Part shown: positions 37,518 to 51,866 of the stretch, piece after piece
Numbering within the stretch: position 1 is the stretch's first letter
How the letters are laid out: each line of letters begins with the position of its first letter
Assembly: GCF_026571515.1 (NCBI RefSeq)
Contig: NW_026866721.1
Span: 248,001-312,000, forward strand
Length of the DNA: 64,000 nucleotides
Direction: 5' to 3'
Source of the DNA: Ruditapes philippinarum
Taxonomy: Eukaryota
Position numbers and translations under genes: made by a program
The notes under the pieces: model-generated
What the model saw: the letters and a program-made list of their open reading frames with translations, nothing else
Told to the model about the DNA's origin: nothing
The model's database searches: none

Positions 37518-39898
37518 ATGAAACATATTACTCTTTTAGTGAAGATTTTCTTCATATTTCTCTCAGCTCAGCCTGTTTTCACTGAATCTGAACAACTGTG
37601 TACTCTAAGGCAAGACATGGATTACAGGATATCTGAAGAGCTGATTTTGTTGAGGAACGAAGTGTTCACAGCTACGAGTGAGATTGAAAGGCTACAAAAT
37701 GAAATAAACGAACACAGAGATGAGCAGAAAGGTAAATCCTTTTTTTTAAGACATCCTTTAATGTTTTTTTTTTATTGTTTATTGTTATTTTAATACATAA
37801 AAATAACAGGAATGTGCATTCACGTTTAAGTAACTTAAAATATAGGAAAGACTGAACAAAACTAAAGTTAATGTTTAAAAAGAGATAGATACAAAAATTA
37901 ATAAAATAAAAACATTTCAACGTGAAAGAAAATGGTAAAAGCGTTGATTTATGAAAATAAGTTCTCCGATCTAATCACGTTTTATTGGTATTGCTTATAT
38001 CTTAATACATCTTTTATGGAACTGCATAACTAAATAATGTTTCCTAAAAAATATTTGTAATTTTCGATCAGAATGGAAGCCTATAAATGCAATGTTTTTT
38101 CTTAGTTCTCCAATGAAACTTACGCCATTTGGTCGTCTGCTTATGAGGTCTTAAACCTGAGCTCGTAGTATGTTGGTTTATTTAAATACAAGCTATTAAA
38201 AGATTTTAAACCTCTTACAGTTGCCGGGGGTGACCTGTATACGAGATGGGGCCGCAGGAGTTGTCCTGACAACGGAACAACCCAAGTATATACCGGTAAG
38301 TTATTTCTGTAGGTCAAGTCATGCTATAGGGTCAAATTTACATTTGTCCGGGGGTTATTGGTTTGTTTTTTCCCTATTTTTCGTCCTTACTTATTTGTAT
38401 AAAGCCCTCCGTTATTGCATATATAGAAATGGCATGTACATCTAACCTCTGTACTATTCTCTCTGGGTAATTTCGTCTGCTTGAATTTATCACTAATTGT
38501 ATGGTATTCCTATATAATTGAATAGAAGTGTCGTGCATGGACTTTTTAATGTTATTTTCATATCATTATCGTAGCTAAAATATTTTTTTCTTAAATTTAC
38601 ATCGGCAACACTGGCAAATCGTTTCTTGTTTGTGACGTCATGAACCTTTTATAGTGTCTTTAAACTCTATAAATAATGTGTAAGGTCATCATCTAAAGTC
38701 ATCATTGCAGTGTCCATGGGCTTGAGTAATAACCCCTGTAAGTTCATGACCAGAAACCTTAATTAACGTGAACTTACTGATAAGCTTAATGACACCCCCG
38801 CCCTGTGTGTCTAATGAATAATTCTAATGCCTAATTAATTAATCAATTAATTATAGTTAGCTTATTATAAAATCAATACTATTGACTTATTGTATATCTT
38901 TTATGCCTGTGAACCTGATAATTAAAAATCGACAAACTTTATTTATAACCATATTGCCCATAATGAACTTAATAAATAATCTAAATACACAGACATGTAA
39001 TTTATAATCTTAAAGGCTCATTATGCTTTAGAAATGAATGTATATTTTTCCATCTTAGGAAAGGGCAAGCATGGGTTTTTAATGTTAGAATACTAGTGTA
39101 AAACATGATTTTAGAAATTTGATACTTATCACCTGAAGGATGTGAAAGTATTTGTCATAAATGCAGCAAAAAGTAAATAAAGTAGTATTTTGTCTTCCAT
39201 ACAAAATACTTAAATTACTTTTACTTTAGTAACTGACAAAAGCAAAAGTAGAAAAAGATGTTTCTGGTACTTGGCCAATGAGAAACATTTAGGAACCCCA
39301 AAATAAAAATGCTTTTGAGTAATAATATTAAAAGCATAACTGAGACGTTATGGCCCTTTAAACCCCATGAGACTTTTAAACCATAAGCTATATTTATCTA
39401 TTTCTAGGTTTTATGGCTGGATCGAGCAACTCTCATACCGGTACGGGCTCTAATTACATCTGTTTATCCGACAGACCGACGTGGGATCACTATTCGGGGT
39501 TAAAGAGTCAAGGAACAATCACTGGCGTAGAGTATCAGTTTTGGCACCATCGGGAGACCGGTGCTGCAGAATACTTCGGAGATAACATGTTCAACCACAA
39601 TGCCCCGTGTGCTGTGTGCTACACGAAAAGACGCGTGGCGGTGATGCTCCCGGGAAGGAATAAGTGTTACGACGGCTGGACGACGGAATATGAAGGCTAT
39701 CTCGTGTCCGGGCCTTACAGCGACAGCGGTGCTACTGAATATGTATGCCTTGATAGGCGTCCGGAAAAGGTGATAAATGGGGACAAGAATGATGACGACA
39801 ACCGGCTTTATTTAGTAGAAGGAACATGCGGTGAAAGTTTATCTTGCCCGCCGTATGAGGCAGGTCGGGAGCTGACATGCGTAGTATGTTCTCTGTAA
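37518..39898 (+). CDS. Secreted protein: signal peptide, short coiled coil and short-chain collagen C4-like (NC1-related) domain, 259 aa
   Basis: Exons 37518-37731, 38221-38295, 39408-39898 (780 nt, phases 1, 1). Motifs YTRWGRRSCP, GFMAGS...GSNYICL, GVEYQ, APCAVC, PGRNKCYDGWTTEYEGYL, YVCLD, CPPY...ELTCVVCS. Confidence 0.88.
39010..39362. mobile_element. Kolobok-like MITE in intron
   Basis: TTAA|AGGCTCATTATGC...TATGGCCCT|TTAA. Confidence 0.65.
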
Positions 39899-40346
39899 CG
39901 TATCTCGATCGCGGACTGATCGCGCTTCCAAAACAAATGAACAAACAAACAAAAAGAAAACTCATGAATTGTTCCATTTTCCACTTCTTTCGACAACTTA
40001 CTTTTTGATTTTATAATAATCTGTCTGCGTGCATATTACTGATGTAATAAAGCTTCAGCCATCAAAAAAAATATTGAAGCGTTTTTATACAGTCCTATCA
40101 ATGATACGTATTATCAAAGGACGGACATGTGCGTTATAATAATCGAATCGGATACGAAATACAGCTATGTTGAGCTATATTTGTCACTGATTAAATATGT
40201 AAAATAAACATCTGAATATATTACACCACCACTGCCATCACCATGATCTTCATCAATATCGTCATAAAGATCATTATTATCATTATCATCATAATAACAA
40301 CGGCCATCATTACCACATTATCATCATCATCGTCATCATTATCATA

Positions 40347-40532
40347 TTTTGTTTGGGTTTAAATAACGTCACATCGACACAGTATAAGTCATATGGCTAC
40401 ATTTCCAGATTTACTGGTGGAGGAAGACCTAAGGTGCCCTTCCGTGCATAATGTCAGGCACGAACGGGCACCTGAGTAGAACCACCGACATTCCGTAAGC
40501 TAGGTGGATAGCTTCTTCACGAGAAAGAATCC
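40347..40532 (-). mobile_element. tRNA-SINE 3' part inserted in a (CAT)n tract
   Basis: Reverse homolog of 45005-45191. Confidence 0.7.
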
Positions 40533-41709
40533 ACCACTAGTACTATCATCATCATCATCACCATGACGACCATGATAAAATATAACCAATCTACGAACAC
40601 TACCATCACCTACAACATTAAGATGTTAAGTTCCCCTAAAATTTTAGACAATTTAAAATTCTATAGTACACAGGTGATTTTCTTAGCCCACTGAGGGCCA
40701 CCGAACATAATAAGCCTAGGTCACGAGTATAGATCTAGGCCAACTCGTACAACAATCCAGACTGGCCTTAGTATATTAATCTTGTAATATGGACTGGTTC
40801 AAAGTCAAAAACGGGAACCCACTCTCATCAAGATTCTAGGAGACAAGATGTTACATATCCCATGTGCTTACAAAGGATACTTGTCTACTTATATACAGAT
40901 CAAATTTTATATGATTGTATTAAGATTGTTTATTACAAAAAATAACATTAACACTTGATCTGATATAAAAATGTAAACATAATATGGTAAATGCAAATTG
41001 TAATGATACTGCAAGTACAAACATGATTGTCACAATAAAAACAAAACATTATTGACTATAACCAAGCATTTTACACAAGTTCTGTTCTGATATCAAAATA
41101 TAAACTTGTAAAATAAAAGGCATTCCATTGAGCATAAAATTCTTTCATAGATCAAATCGGAAATTTAAAACGGAAAGATATCCAAAAGTACATGCAGATT
41201 TCAGTTGAAAATCGTATTTTTTTGTGCTATTCTTAGTGCGATTTGAGTCAAAGGCGTTTAAAGGTTGTTGTTTTACTTGTCGTTTTTTTTATTTTCTTTA
41301 TTTTTTGTCGTTTTTTGTACATTTAGGACAATCGGAGTGAACGAATGGTCAAACCTACGCCAAATGGTTCATAAATCTCGAAAAAATATTTCCAGTAGTA
41401 CATGAGTTAAGTCCCTTTAAGATTAAATATCAAAACAAAACATTGCATTGTCGTTGGTATCAGAAATAAACATGTTGATATACATGTATAATAATTCGTC
41501 GGCTTGGTGCAAAAATATTGTAACTCCATCTTTATGTCATATGAGTTAAAGCCATGCCGCACAAAGCCCTCGATATGCACAAATAGTAATTGTATTTCAA
41601 AACATTATCTTTAGACATACTGAAATATATGTACTCAAAACAAACAAGAAATGATGTTAAAATGTTTCATTAACAAATTATTCATTTCAAGCTGATTTGA
41701 AAGACCATA

Positions 41710-41927
41710 TGAGCCGCGTCACGACAAAACCAACATAATGGGTTTGCCACCATCATGAATCCAGACCAGCCTGCGCATCCGCTTACATTCGCTTACAAAC
41801 CTTATAGCAAGTAGAGAAACTGATAGCGAACAGCATGGATCCTGATCAGACTGCGCGGATGCGCAGTCTGGTCTGGATCCATGCTGGTCTCAAACCCATA
41901 ATGTTGGTTTTGTCGTGACGCGGCTCA
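41710..41927. mobile_element. Palindromic MITE copy
   Basis: Same family as 2463-2699. Confidence 0.85.
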
Positions 41928-42807
41928 TATATTTATTTGATATTAATTACACTTTTTATATCAATGTATAAATAGAATATTCTTAATGTACAAACATTTA
42001 TGTGACTTTTTATCACTGTATACAAGTTGATTTATATTTATGTCATCGTGACCTGAATAAATTACCTAGACAAAAAATACATTAAAGGCACATGAAGTCT
42101 CATATTTTTGTATCTATAGAAAGAGCAAACGCGTGTTTTATAATGTTGTCATAATTGATTTAGAACAATATAATTATGTAAGATACTTATGACTTGAAAA
42201 ATAGCTCTGAATGTGAAATAATTTATGATAAAGGAAGTAAAATGTAAACAAAGAGGCATTTTGACTTCCACAACGAGTAACAAATCATTATGACTGTTCA
42301 ACTGCCAAAAGGCAAAACGAGGGTCAATGATCGAATAGTGCACCAAAAATACAAAGTTTTTGAAAATTAAAAATATAACGTTTTTCAGGCTTTATGGAAC
42401 TTTAAGATATTTAGGCACATATTTTTCTGTCAAAATAACAAATTCACGTTGTTTCCCTGAGTGAATAAATAACATGCATCTAAACCAAAACAGTGATGAA
42501 TAAATAACGTGCATTAAAATCAAAACAGTGAATAAATAACATGCATCGTAACCAAAACAGTGAATAAATAACATGTATCGAAACTAAAACATGAAACATT
42601 TTTCATATCAAACCATACTGTATTAGTTTTGTATATATGTCATGTTGATTTTGTTGTCACAGCTCTCCGTAAAAATTCCTTATTTACCAAAAGTAATGGT
42701 TTTGCTTATTTTGTTTATTATGTCACATGTCTGTTTGTCGTACTAATATTGTATCTTAAAGGAGCCTTCAGCTTTTTACCGAAGGTTAAATATGTTATTT
42801 TTAGATT

Positions 42808-43022
42808 TTGTTTGTTTGCTTGATTGGGTTTTACGTCACACCGACACAGTATATGTCATATGGCGACATTCCAGCTTTACTGGTGAATGAAGACCTCAGT
42901 TGCCCTTCCGAGCATTATTTCAGGCACGGACGCAAACCTGAGTAGAACCACCGACGTTACGTAAGCTAGCAAGATAGCTTCCTCACATTAGGAATTCGAA
43001 CCTACAGCGGTAAGGGGCAAGT
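42808..43022 (-). mobile_element. tRNA-derived SINE
   Basis: Reverse homolog of 44916-45191 with a (CAAA)n tail. Confidence 0.75.
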
Positions 43023-43371
43023 TGTTTTTTAGACAAATCGTTTCATAAATTTGTCAAATCCAAAAGAATTTAGGTGGAAAATGAAAAGAATTTAGATGGA
43101 AAATGAAAATTTGCCGACAATAAAATACAAATAAAAACAAATAGGACGACTCGTTGTTTTAGAAACGAACGTCGCCGATGCGTTATAAATAGTTCTCGGG
43201 ACCCTGTTTTGAAGCTAAACAGTGATATGATTCCAAGATAAAACTACTAAAACTACTGAAATACTTAGTTTGAAACAACACAGAATTGTTTTTGCAACAA
43301 AAAATAGCAGCTGAAGGCCGCTTTAAATGTAGACATTAAAATAAATGGAAACTCCTAACACTAAATGTTCA

Positions 43372-46300
43372 TCAAGATGTCACATGTTCGTCTGTCAACG
43401 TCACAACTTCTCCGTGCTTCACTGTGAAGAAACATCCTGAATCTAAACCTTTCTCTTTCACTATATCACTTAGCTTCTGTTTAGGCTCCATGTAATGCTG
43501 AAATATAAGAAAGAAAAAGTTACAATGGAAACGGTTTTCGTACTGCAATTTATTGATAAGCGTATTAAGCAGTCATGTTTTAAAAGTGACTGAGTGAAAA
43601 ATAATTGTTTTTTTTTAATTGACTTGACTTTGGCTTTATTTCTGGTGTACATAAAAAAGCTTGCTGAAATTACACTTCTTCTATATGTAGATTCAAAAAG
43701 TTAAAGAACTATCGGAATTAAGTAAATATTTTGTCACATTATGACATTTTATAAACTGTAAACTATATAATTTTACCATCATCAGATTTGCTAAGTTTGA
43801 TATCATCTGAAGTCACATACGTTCATATGGCTACTTCATTTTCATTGGTGGAAAAAAGACCACATGTGACAGTCCATGAGCAAACATTACCTATATAAAC
43901 AATCTGGCCCACATAGCTAATACTCTTCTGGAGGAATAGCCCATATGGGCAACCGGTGGTGAGTATAAATAAACTCAAAAACACACAAATTATGTACAAA
44001 AGAATATCCGTCAATATCACACCATACCTCTGTTGTCAGTCTGAATGTCCCCCAATGTATCCCTACAGATTTCTCTGACTTTAATTCCTCGTGCATAATG
44101 ACGGCCTCCTCCGGATTCACGTGCTGTGGTCTCATGAACCATCTGTATATATCAGAAAAGGTCTTATTGTTTATACTTTCATTTATTATCAGTGACAATA
44201 TTAGTCTTTATCTTGGCAACTGATCTGGGACATTGAATCCAATGATTTTTGTTTCCCGCCGCTGATCCTGAAATCATGCAGGAATGTCACTTGAGGAAAA
44301 AAAAGGTTATTACTGCTTAAAGTTATCCAGGAAAACTGGTAAAATGGGGCAATTTCCGGCATATGACCAAAATGAATCTAAATGGCCGTAAAACGGACAA
44401 TCAAACTTAATTTCAAGTAATTTCTACTTTAACTTACGAACAGGGACCTAACTTAACCACTAAGAGTATCAAGTTAAGTCAGTACTGTTTCTGTCTGCCA
44501 GCATGCCTGGATCTAACCTTAAAATGTTTCCTTTAGCCCCCAGGTGTTACAAATGTTCAAATCTTACAATTTTAACCATATATCAATACGGCTCTTCACT
44601 GTAACTGGCGACACAAAGCTGTAAGAACTATATTAATGGTTAAATATGGTAAGGTAACAAGTATTATTACATAGTACAATCATACAGAAAAAACAAAATA
44701 CTATCACCTTGGCTCATACGCTCCTATAGGTATGGCTGACAATGAGAATGGACCATATTTGTTCCCAATCTGTTTAAAAGCACAACAGTAACCTGTGTCT
44801 CCAGCAAAGTAAAAACTGTGTTTTGGACCTTTAACAACCCAGCTACACCATAGTGCCTGAAACATGGGCAATATAATAAAAATATAATGACATGACACGA
44901 TATGATATAAGACATGGCGTCCTTGGCCGAGGGGTTAAAGTCGTTGACTTCAAACCACTTGCCCCCTCACCAATGTGGGTTCGAATCTCGACTGGGACTT
45001 TGGATTCTATCATGTAAGGAAGCTATCTAGCTAGCTTACGGAACGTCGGCGGTTTTATTCAGGTGACTGTTTGTGCCTGAAAGCACTTAATGGCACCTGA
45101 GGTCTTCCTCCATCAGTAAAGCTGGAATGTCCCCATATGACCTATAATATACTGTGTTGGTGTGACGTAAAACCTAATCAAACAAACAAACATTTCATAG
45201 CATATCATTTCATTTCATTGCATTACAAAACAACACAACACAAGGCTATTAATTGGAACTTTGCGTAGACAAACATCGTGGTTCATACTTGATGTTTTGC
45301 CTATAATAATATTTATCGGACATAATGCATCATGCGATTATGATTAAACAGGGTTCATGTAATTTATTATTATGATTTATTAATTTTTTGAATTTCAATT
45401 TGATTTCTCAATTTCGTTTGGAGGGTTATATTGGGTCATATAATCTGTCAAAAATCTTTATAACCAATATATAATATACCTTGTTTGTATCCGATATTGT
45501 TCGCTTGCACCAATGCTGTGCTGGGGTTGCAGCAAACATGTACTGTTTACCATCTTTGGCAAGAGTGTGTTCTTGCCACCATGTTAGCTCCACTACATTT
45601 TTACACCCACACTGCCTCATCCAGTCGGCTTGACCTATAGCGACAAACCAATGTAGCTTGTCGCCAAACTTCCGGTTCAGTTTGACCACCGATTCGTGAT
45701 TAAGATGGTCGTAATGATTATGGCTGATAACAACTGCATCCACGTGTGGGATATCCTCAATCTTGCACGGGGGCGGGCGATATCTCTTCGGACCCATAAT
45801 TCCAAGCGGCCCGCACCTGTCTCCCCATATTGGGTCAGTGAGTACAGTCAGTCCATCAAACTGTACCAGTATAGAGGCGTGTCCGGCCCACATTAGCTGA
45901 ACGTTGCCGTTTGGAGGGTTCCTCAACTTCTCAAAATCTGGTGTTACAACTGGTAATGTTCTGTCAAGTTCCTGTATTAAGAACATTTTGTGAATTTTGT
46001 TTCAAAGTGTTCTAAAATTTACTAAAATGAATGAAAAATATATATATATTATTACATCCTTTATTACTACAGTAAACGGGCGCTAGGTAGATCAGCTAGA
46101 TCAAGTATTATTTTTTTTATTTTTGATGATCTATGGGAGATAATTTTTACGATCATCTTCTCATTATACTGTAGACAAGACAAATGAGCCGAATACCCGT
46201 GGATAAAGTTATGCACAAGATTGTATTTCCCCGCGAATGGTTTTGGATAGTTATTAATCATAACCTAAAGAGTTACTTCCCTTTATAATTAACACCCCAT

Positions 46301-46526
46301 TATAAATAAAAAATCAATTTACCTCTTTATTTTTCCATGGTATTTTACTGTTGTCCTCAGACCTGATCATCTTAAAAACATCTGTCAATGTCCTTTCTTC
46401 GAACGTATCGAACGGATTTTTGAAACGTCCATTTTCAAATATAGGTTGTACTAATCCATTTTCTTCAAAACTTTTCGGATCGATGCCATTCTCATCTTTG
46501 TTTATCTTTCCCCCTGTACCGCCCAT
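43372..46526 (-). CDS. NAPEPLD: N-acyl-phosphatidylethanolamine-hydrolysing phospholipase D, 361 aa
   Basis: Exons 46526-46323, 45971-45480, 44856-44708, 44142-44028, 43497-43372 (1086 nt). GRFKNP, WAGHAS, LTDPIW, metallo-beta-lactamase [40 protein letters not shown]. Confidence 0.95.
44916..45191 (+). mobile_element. Full-length tRNA-derived SINE in a NAPE-PLD intron
   Basis: A box TGGCCGAGGGGTTAAAG, B box GGGTTCGAATC, conserved body, (CAAA)n tail; at least six copies in the window. Confidence 0.85.
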
Positions 46527-48879
46527 GTTTATCAGCAGTTTATTATTAATAATTAAAGCGAAACTAGAAAATAATCAGGCCTTATAATTAAATCGAATAA
46601 ATCCGTGTACGTTTCTGTAGAATCTACTTTATAGTTTCCCACTGCATTACGTAACTAAAGATAGAACGTGTTAAAATCTAGGACATACAGCTCTAGGTTG
46701 CTCAGTATGGTAGAACTTTATTTAATCCAAACACAATGGTGAATTTGAAATATCCACATATCTTATTCCGTTGAATTTGGTATTATTTTGTCAGTTTAAC
46801 CAAACCTGTGTACAGTGTTAAATCTATGATAAAGGTCAAATATTTCGGACATTGATCAAGGGAAGTAATTCATGACGTATACATAGTACATGTGTAAAAC
46901 CAAAGTTATTGGCGACGCCGGTGAGCGGCGTCGTCTTTTATGGAACGCTTTTTATTTTTGCCTATGGAAGGAGCTGTTATTATTAGCAGTTAATTTCATG
47001 TTGTGTAAATTAGTTTTATTTTGATTCGTAAAAATCAAGTAAACAAATGTGTTGTTATATTTGTATTTAATAACTTTATGTAAAAAGCATGTGCATTGTG
47101 ATATTATTTTCACGAAATTGCAGGTTAAGTTTAACAGCTTGTCCCTTAGTTTTAATGACAATACTAAAACCCGGATTTCGAATATCGTTGTGGTCTAGAT
47201 TGAGGCCGTATCATTTATACATTTTCAAAATTTTCCTACAAGAAGAAAGTTCACCTGCAATTGAGTATAAGGATAGGTAATGAAACTGTTGTAAACGATT
47301 ATCCTATTGATTTTATCCTTATTAAGGCAGCACACCACACTAAATGAAGCCGCAGCTTCGAATGGCCAGGGAGGATTTCATGGATATAGTGACTATTGTG
47401 GATTTAAATGACTGGTTGTCTTTAAAATGCATTTTCAGCATGAAATTTGTTTTTGTGACATGTAATATGAGCATTGGCAAATTCGAAAACATGGTTAGAA
47501 ATCACATGCTGATAATTATTGATGTCAAGGTCGCCATTGTTTGTAAACATTGCTTTTAAACAGCATGCTCGGTGAAAAAAAGTAATTTTACAGGGGGTAC
47601 AAACTTTCAGCAATAGCAAAAAATCTACAAGGCCAAGCACCTATTTCTTTGTGATATTTTGCATGCACAGGGAGTTGCTAAAGCAGTGACTGAGTTTTTG
47701 TAGACCGTATATTTGCAGGTATTTTTTGCCGGAGGTACGAAAAATGTTGTTTTGGGTCTCGGACCACTATAGATTTTTGGCTTTTACGGAATGAATTGGA
47801 TTTTTTTTAACTGTCTGACTGTTGCACATGGGATGATTTCATTACAGATTTGCAATGGTATGACATATATGTTCTTAACAAAATGTGTTTTCTTTTTCCA
47901 GGTTGTTTAGTTTGGGATCAGATTTATCAGACATATTGCTTGTAGGACATTGACGACAGAAACTTGAAATTTAGTGTGGAGTGCTACCTTTACATTTATC
48001 TGTTGCGCAGAATGGTTGTTTTTACAAAGTGTACCAGTATCCGGATGTTGAAAGCTATCCGATTTTCTGCAATTACTGCTGACACATGGCCATCTATTTT
48101 TTTATGAATACTTTACCATTAATTTGCATGGCTTGATAAAATTGAACCTGCAACATTTCATAATTTTGCTGTTTATCGTGTTCTTTTGGGTTTCAGGTTT
48201 TCTTTATTTTAAGGGGAAGTAACTTATGTTTACTAAATTATTTGTTCTTTTCTGTCTATCTTAGGTATTACTTATAATACTATTTTTGTTGTATATAATT
48301 CACCAGTTGTAAGGTCATCAAAAGCATGTTAATGTTAATGTTAGGATTTCATATTTATTTAATATAAACTGGGAATTATTAATGTTATGTGCATACATGT
48401 ATATCTTAGACAGTAGTATATTGATATGTTGAGACTTATATTGTGATTTGTGCCACATGAAAACCAACATAGTACAAAAAGTAACTGGGCGCCAGATGAA
48501 AACATGAAAATACAATCTACCACAAAGTGGTTTGTTTGTTGCATTTTCATGTTTTTGCCCGGTGCCCTTGATGCAAAATACAAATCAGCCTTCATAAAAT
48601 TTCTTCTTATGTTGGTCACAGGTTAATGAGTTCTGGTCAAGCTCAAAGTTTTTCTCATCCTATGACTGCATATAAGCATGAGTTCAATTTCCTATGCTCT
48701 GTAACATAAGAAATTCACGAACACAAATCGATATAGTGGGGAAATATGTTGTGGTTTAGAACTGTTTCATTATTAAAGAGAAAATGTGTAGCAGGCCGGA
48801 TAGCTCAGTTGGTCTTCTGAAAGTCATGGGTTCGAGTCATGGTCAGGCAGTTTCAGTCAGGGTTTAGAAGTGGTTTTTC

Positions 48880-49755
48880 AATTGACACATGTTTGATTCA
48901 TTTAACAGATTGCATTATTTGAAATGGACAAAGGCAGTATTGCATGATACTTTTAGATCTACAAAGGGCATTTGATACAGTTGAACACACTATCCTGCAC
49001 ATGAAGAAGTTGTTTTTCTTCTTCTTCATGAAACTTCAAGCATCTGCCATATATAATGACATTCTTACATGGTTTAAGTCTTATCTCTGATAGTAGCTGG
49101 TTGATGTGGCTGGTACTTATTCTACTACTGCTCTGAGTACCTATGCTGTCCCCCTGATGTTCATTTTAGGTCCTCTTTTTATGTCTAATATATGTCAATT
49201 ACATGTCTTCAACCCTAAGCAATAAGCTTTTATTATAATGCACAGGCACGAGTATCAGACCTTGGATGAAAAAATATGGCCAGATTGATAAAAGAACCTG
49301 TGTTCATCTTAAAAGTGTCAACAACCAAAATAAAATGTAAATAATGACCCCCTTTAAAAATATACTTCAAGTTGAAAGTATATTTTTAAAGGGGATCATT
49401 ATTTACATTTTTTGTTTTGGTTTTTATAAACACAGTTTTTTTTTATCAATCTGGTCATCTGGTCATATTTTTTCTTCCCAGGTCCGATACTCGTGCCAGT
49501 GATTATATGCTGATGACTCAGGAATCCTTGTGTCTCATAAATTAAATCTGAAGAAATTCTTTCTTATAACATGAGTCTTATAAGATTGCTTAATTGACTA
49601 TAAATTGCCTTTGCATCTTGGCAAGACAGAGTCTATTCTTTTTTGGTTTAAGTTTCAACTTAACCTGGCCCTAGCCTCCAGGTCACATGTAATGGTACTG
49701 CTATAAAGTACACATCTTTTGTTAAGTATTTAGGTGCAAATCTGGATCAAATTCT
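48880..49755 (+). mobile_element. Highly decayed LINE reverse transcriptase remnant
   Basis: Frame-shifted motifs DTCLIHLTD, LLDLQRAFDTVEH, ILTWFKSYL, YADDSGILVS, LHLGKTESILF, VKYLGANLDQ. Confidence 0.7.
49237..49505. mobile_element. Palindromic MITE inserted just upstream of the YADD motif of the decayed LINE
   Basis: CAC(A/T)GGCACGAGTATC...GATACTCGTGCCAGTG; fold-back over its whole length. Confidence 0.75.
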
Positions 49756-49794
49756 TTTGGCGTCGCCCTTTGATGCTTTGCATCAATGCTTTTC

Positions 49795-51130
49795 TTGTTA
49801 TATTTTGGAAAACCAAGAGAGGTTTGCGTAATATGCCTAACTTTCACTATGAGGGGACTGTCCAGGAAATTGTTGAGCATTTCTCATATTTAGGTGTCCA
49901 ATTTTCATTTAATGGTAAATTCAGCAGAACTAAAACATTCCTTATTGATCAAGCCCGTAAAGCCATGTTTTCTGTAATTAGGAAATCTAGGATACTTAAT
50001 TTACCAATAGATATGCAATTACACTTGTTTGATACAATGATAGCACCCATTTTGTTGTATGGGTGTGAAGTTTGGGGTGTTGAAGATGTGAGTGTTGTGG
50101 ATAAATTTCAATTAAAATACCTAAAGATAATTCTACAGTTGAAACAGAGTACTCCAAATGCTATGATTTATGGGGAGTTGGGTATTACCCCACTTTCAAC
50201 ACAAATTAAAAGTAGAGTTCTCAATTACTGGGGTAAAATAGTTAATTCTGAACATGATAAGATAGTCAGCATTCTATATAGAACAACTCATAATTTATAT
50301 ACTCTGAATAATATTAAATCAGATTGGGTCTGTTTTGTTCGAAATAATTTAAATGATCTTGGATTGTCGCATTTTTGGATAAATCAAAATGTGGAATCTC
50401 CTGCTTCATTCAAGAATACTGTCAACTTAAGATTGCGTGATCATTTTATGCAAAATTGGAGAAGTACAATTAATAATTCCAGTAAATGTCTAAATTACAG
50501 GATTTATAAACAGGATTTTTGTTTTGAGCCATACCTCAGCAAGTTACCTATGAATTTAGCTTTAATTCTCTTTAAATTTAGAAGTATGAATCACAAACTT
50601 CCTATTGAAAAAGGAAGGTTTGATGATATTCCAAGAGAACTTAGAACTTGTAACCTATGTACCAGTAACTCTTTAGGCGACGAATTCCATTATCTTTTTG
50701 AATGTTCACATTTAGTCAATACAAGAAAGCTGTATCTTGATAAATATTTCTATGAACGTCCAAGTGCTTTAAAATTTGAAAAATTAATGAACCATAGTAA
50801 TAAAGATATCCTTTTGAAACTTGCCATATTTTGCAAAAATATTATGTTATTATTTAAATAATGTTAGCTTATTAGATTATGTATTTTCTCTTTGTTTTTT
50901 TTTTCTCGCAATGATTTTTGATTTTTCTCTCTCATCCTCCATTATCAGTCAATTATTACAGTAATTTTATTACATCATGGAGTTGTATGACCATTTATAA
51001 TTTGTCATTTTGTAGTATTTTGTTTTTACATATTATTTGCCATTTTGTATTATTTTGTATGTATGTACTGTTTTATGTTGTCACATGCCCATATGGGCCC
51101 TGACGTATTCAAATAAACCTTGAAACCTTG
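49795..51130 (+). mobile_element. 5'-truncated LINE (RTE-X-like) ORF2 C-terminal part with short-repeat tail
   Basis: Open frame to 50861: FSYLGV, PILLYGCEVWG, YGELG, LPIEKGR, CNLC...GDEFHYLFEC; ends AATAAACCTTGAAACCTTG. Confidence 0.85.
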
Positions 51131-51534
51131 TAACAGGATTACCTCCCGTTTTTACCCGGTTCAATTCTGTATTTATTTTCTTATTAATAGCACGGATTTA
51201 TATTATGTAATATAAATCCGTGTTAATAGTAAGTAACTATAATTTTTAATTTAAAGTTACAGGTAATTCACATCTTAAAAACTCATCAACGATATAATAT
51301 TTTATTCTTCCTTTTCATATTAACAAGAAACATTTTTGAAGTATTTAATGACAATGATTTTTAGCTTTTTAAGATTTAGAAACCCTGACCAAAATATAAA
51401 ATGATTTCCCTAATTACCAACTAGAAATGGCTAATTTCTTACTTTTACTTCTACATTATACTGCTTTTAGATCGTTTACGATCACTCTAAGCAGGTATAC
51501 ATTGTATACATTAAAGAGGCAGCTATGAGATATA

Positions 51535-51758
51535 AGGGAATCTAGCTCTTATTGAATAGACCCCTTGGTTCCTTTACATGCCCAGTGTATAGCACTGATA
51601 CATGCGAGGATTACCTGGATTTCTTACCAGTACACCTCTAGGTAGTTGTGAAACACTGAAAGTGTCTCTGAAAAATCCCAAGGGTGTAACCTAGGATCGA
51701 ACCCGGGACCTCAGGAGTGATAATCAGTGGTTTAACCAATTGAGCTATCGCGCCACCT
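51535..51758 (-). mobile_element. tRNA-derived SINE (second family)
   Basis: Minus strand GGCGCGATAGCTCAATTGG...CCCGGGTTCGATCC followed by a non-tRNA body. Confidence 0.65.
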
Positions 51759-51866
51759 AACAAGAGGTAAGATAAACCTTGCACGTGTCTTTGAATCATC
51801 GGCTATTTAAAGTGTGTATTTTTGGTAAATTTATACCATTATCACACCAAAATGCATTCCTTTAAA

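Noticed and set aside
44916-45000. tRNA-like sequences (also 16575, 48793, 51690, 53778)
   Set aside because: Degenerate stems followed by shared SINE bodies, so SINE heads rather than tRNA genes
46911-46936. GC hairpin upstream of NAPE-PLD as a terminator or Helitron end
   Set aside because: No CTRR terminus or associated element; intrinsic terminators do not apply to this eukaryotic context
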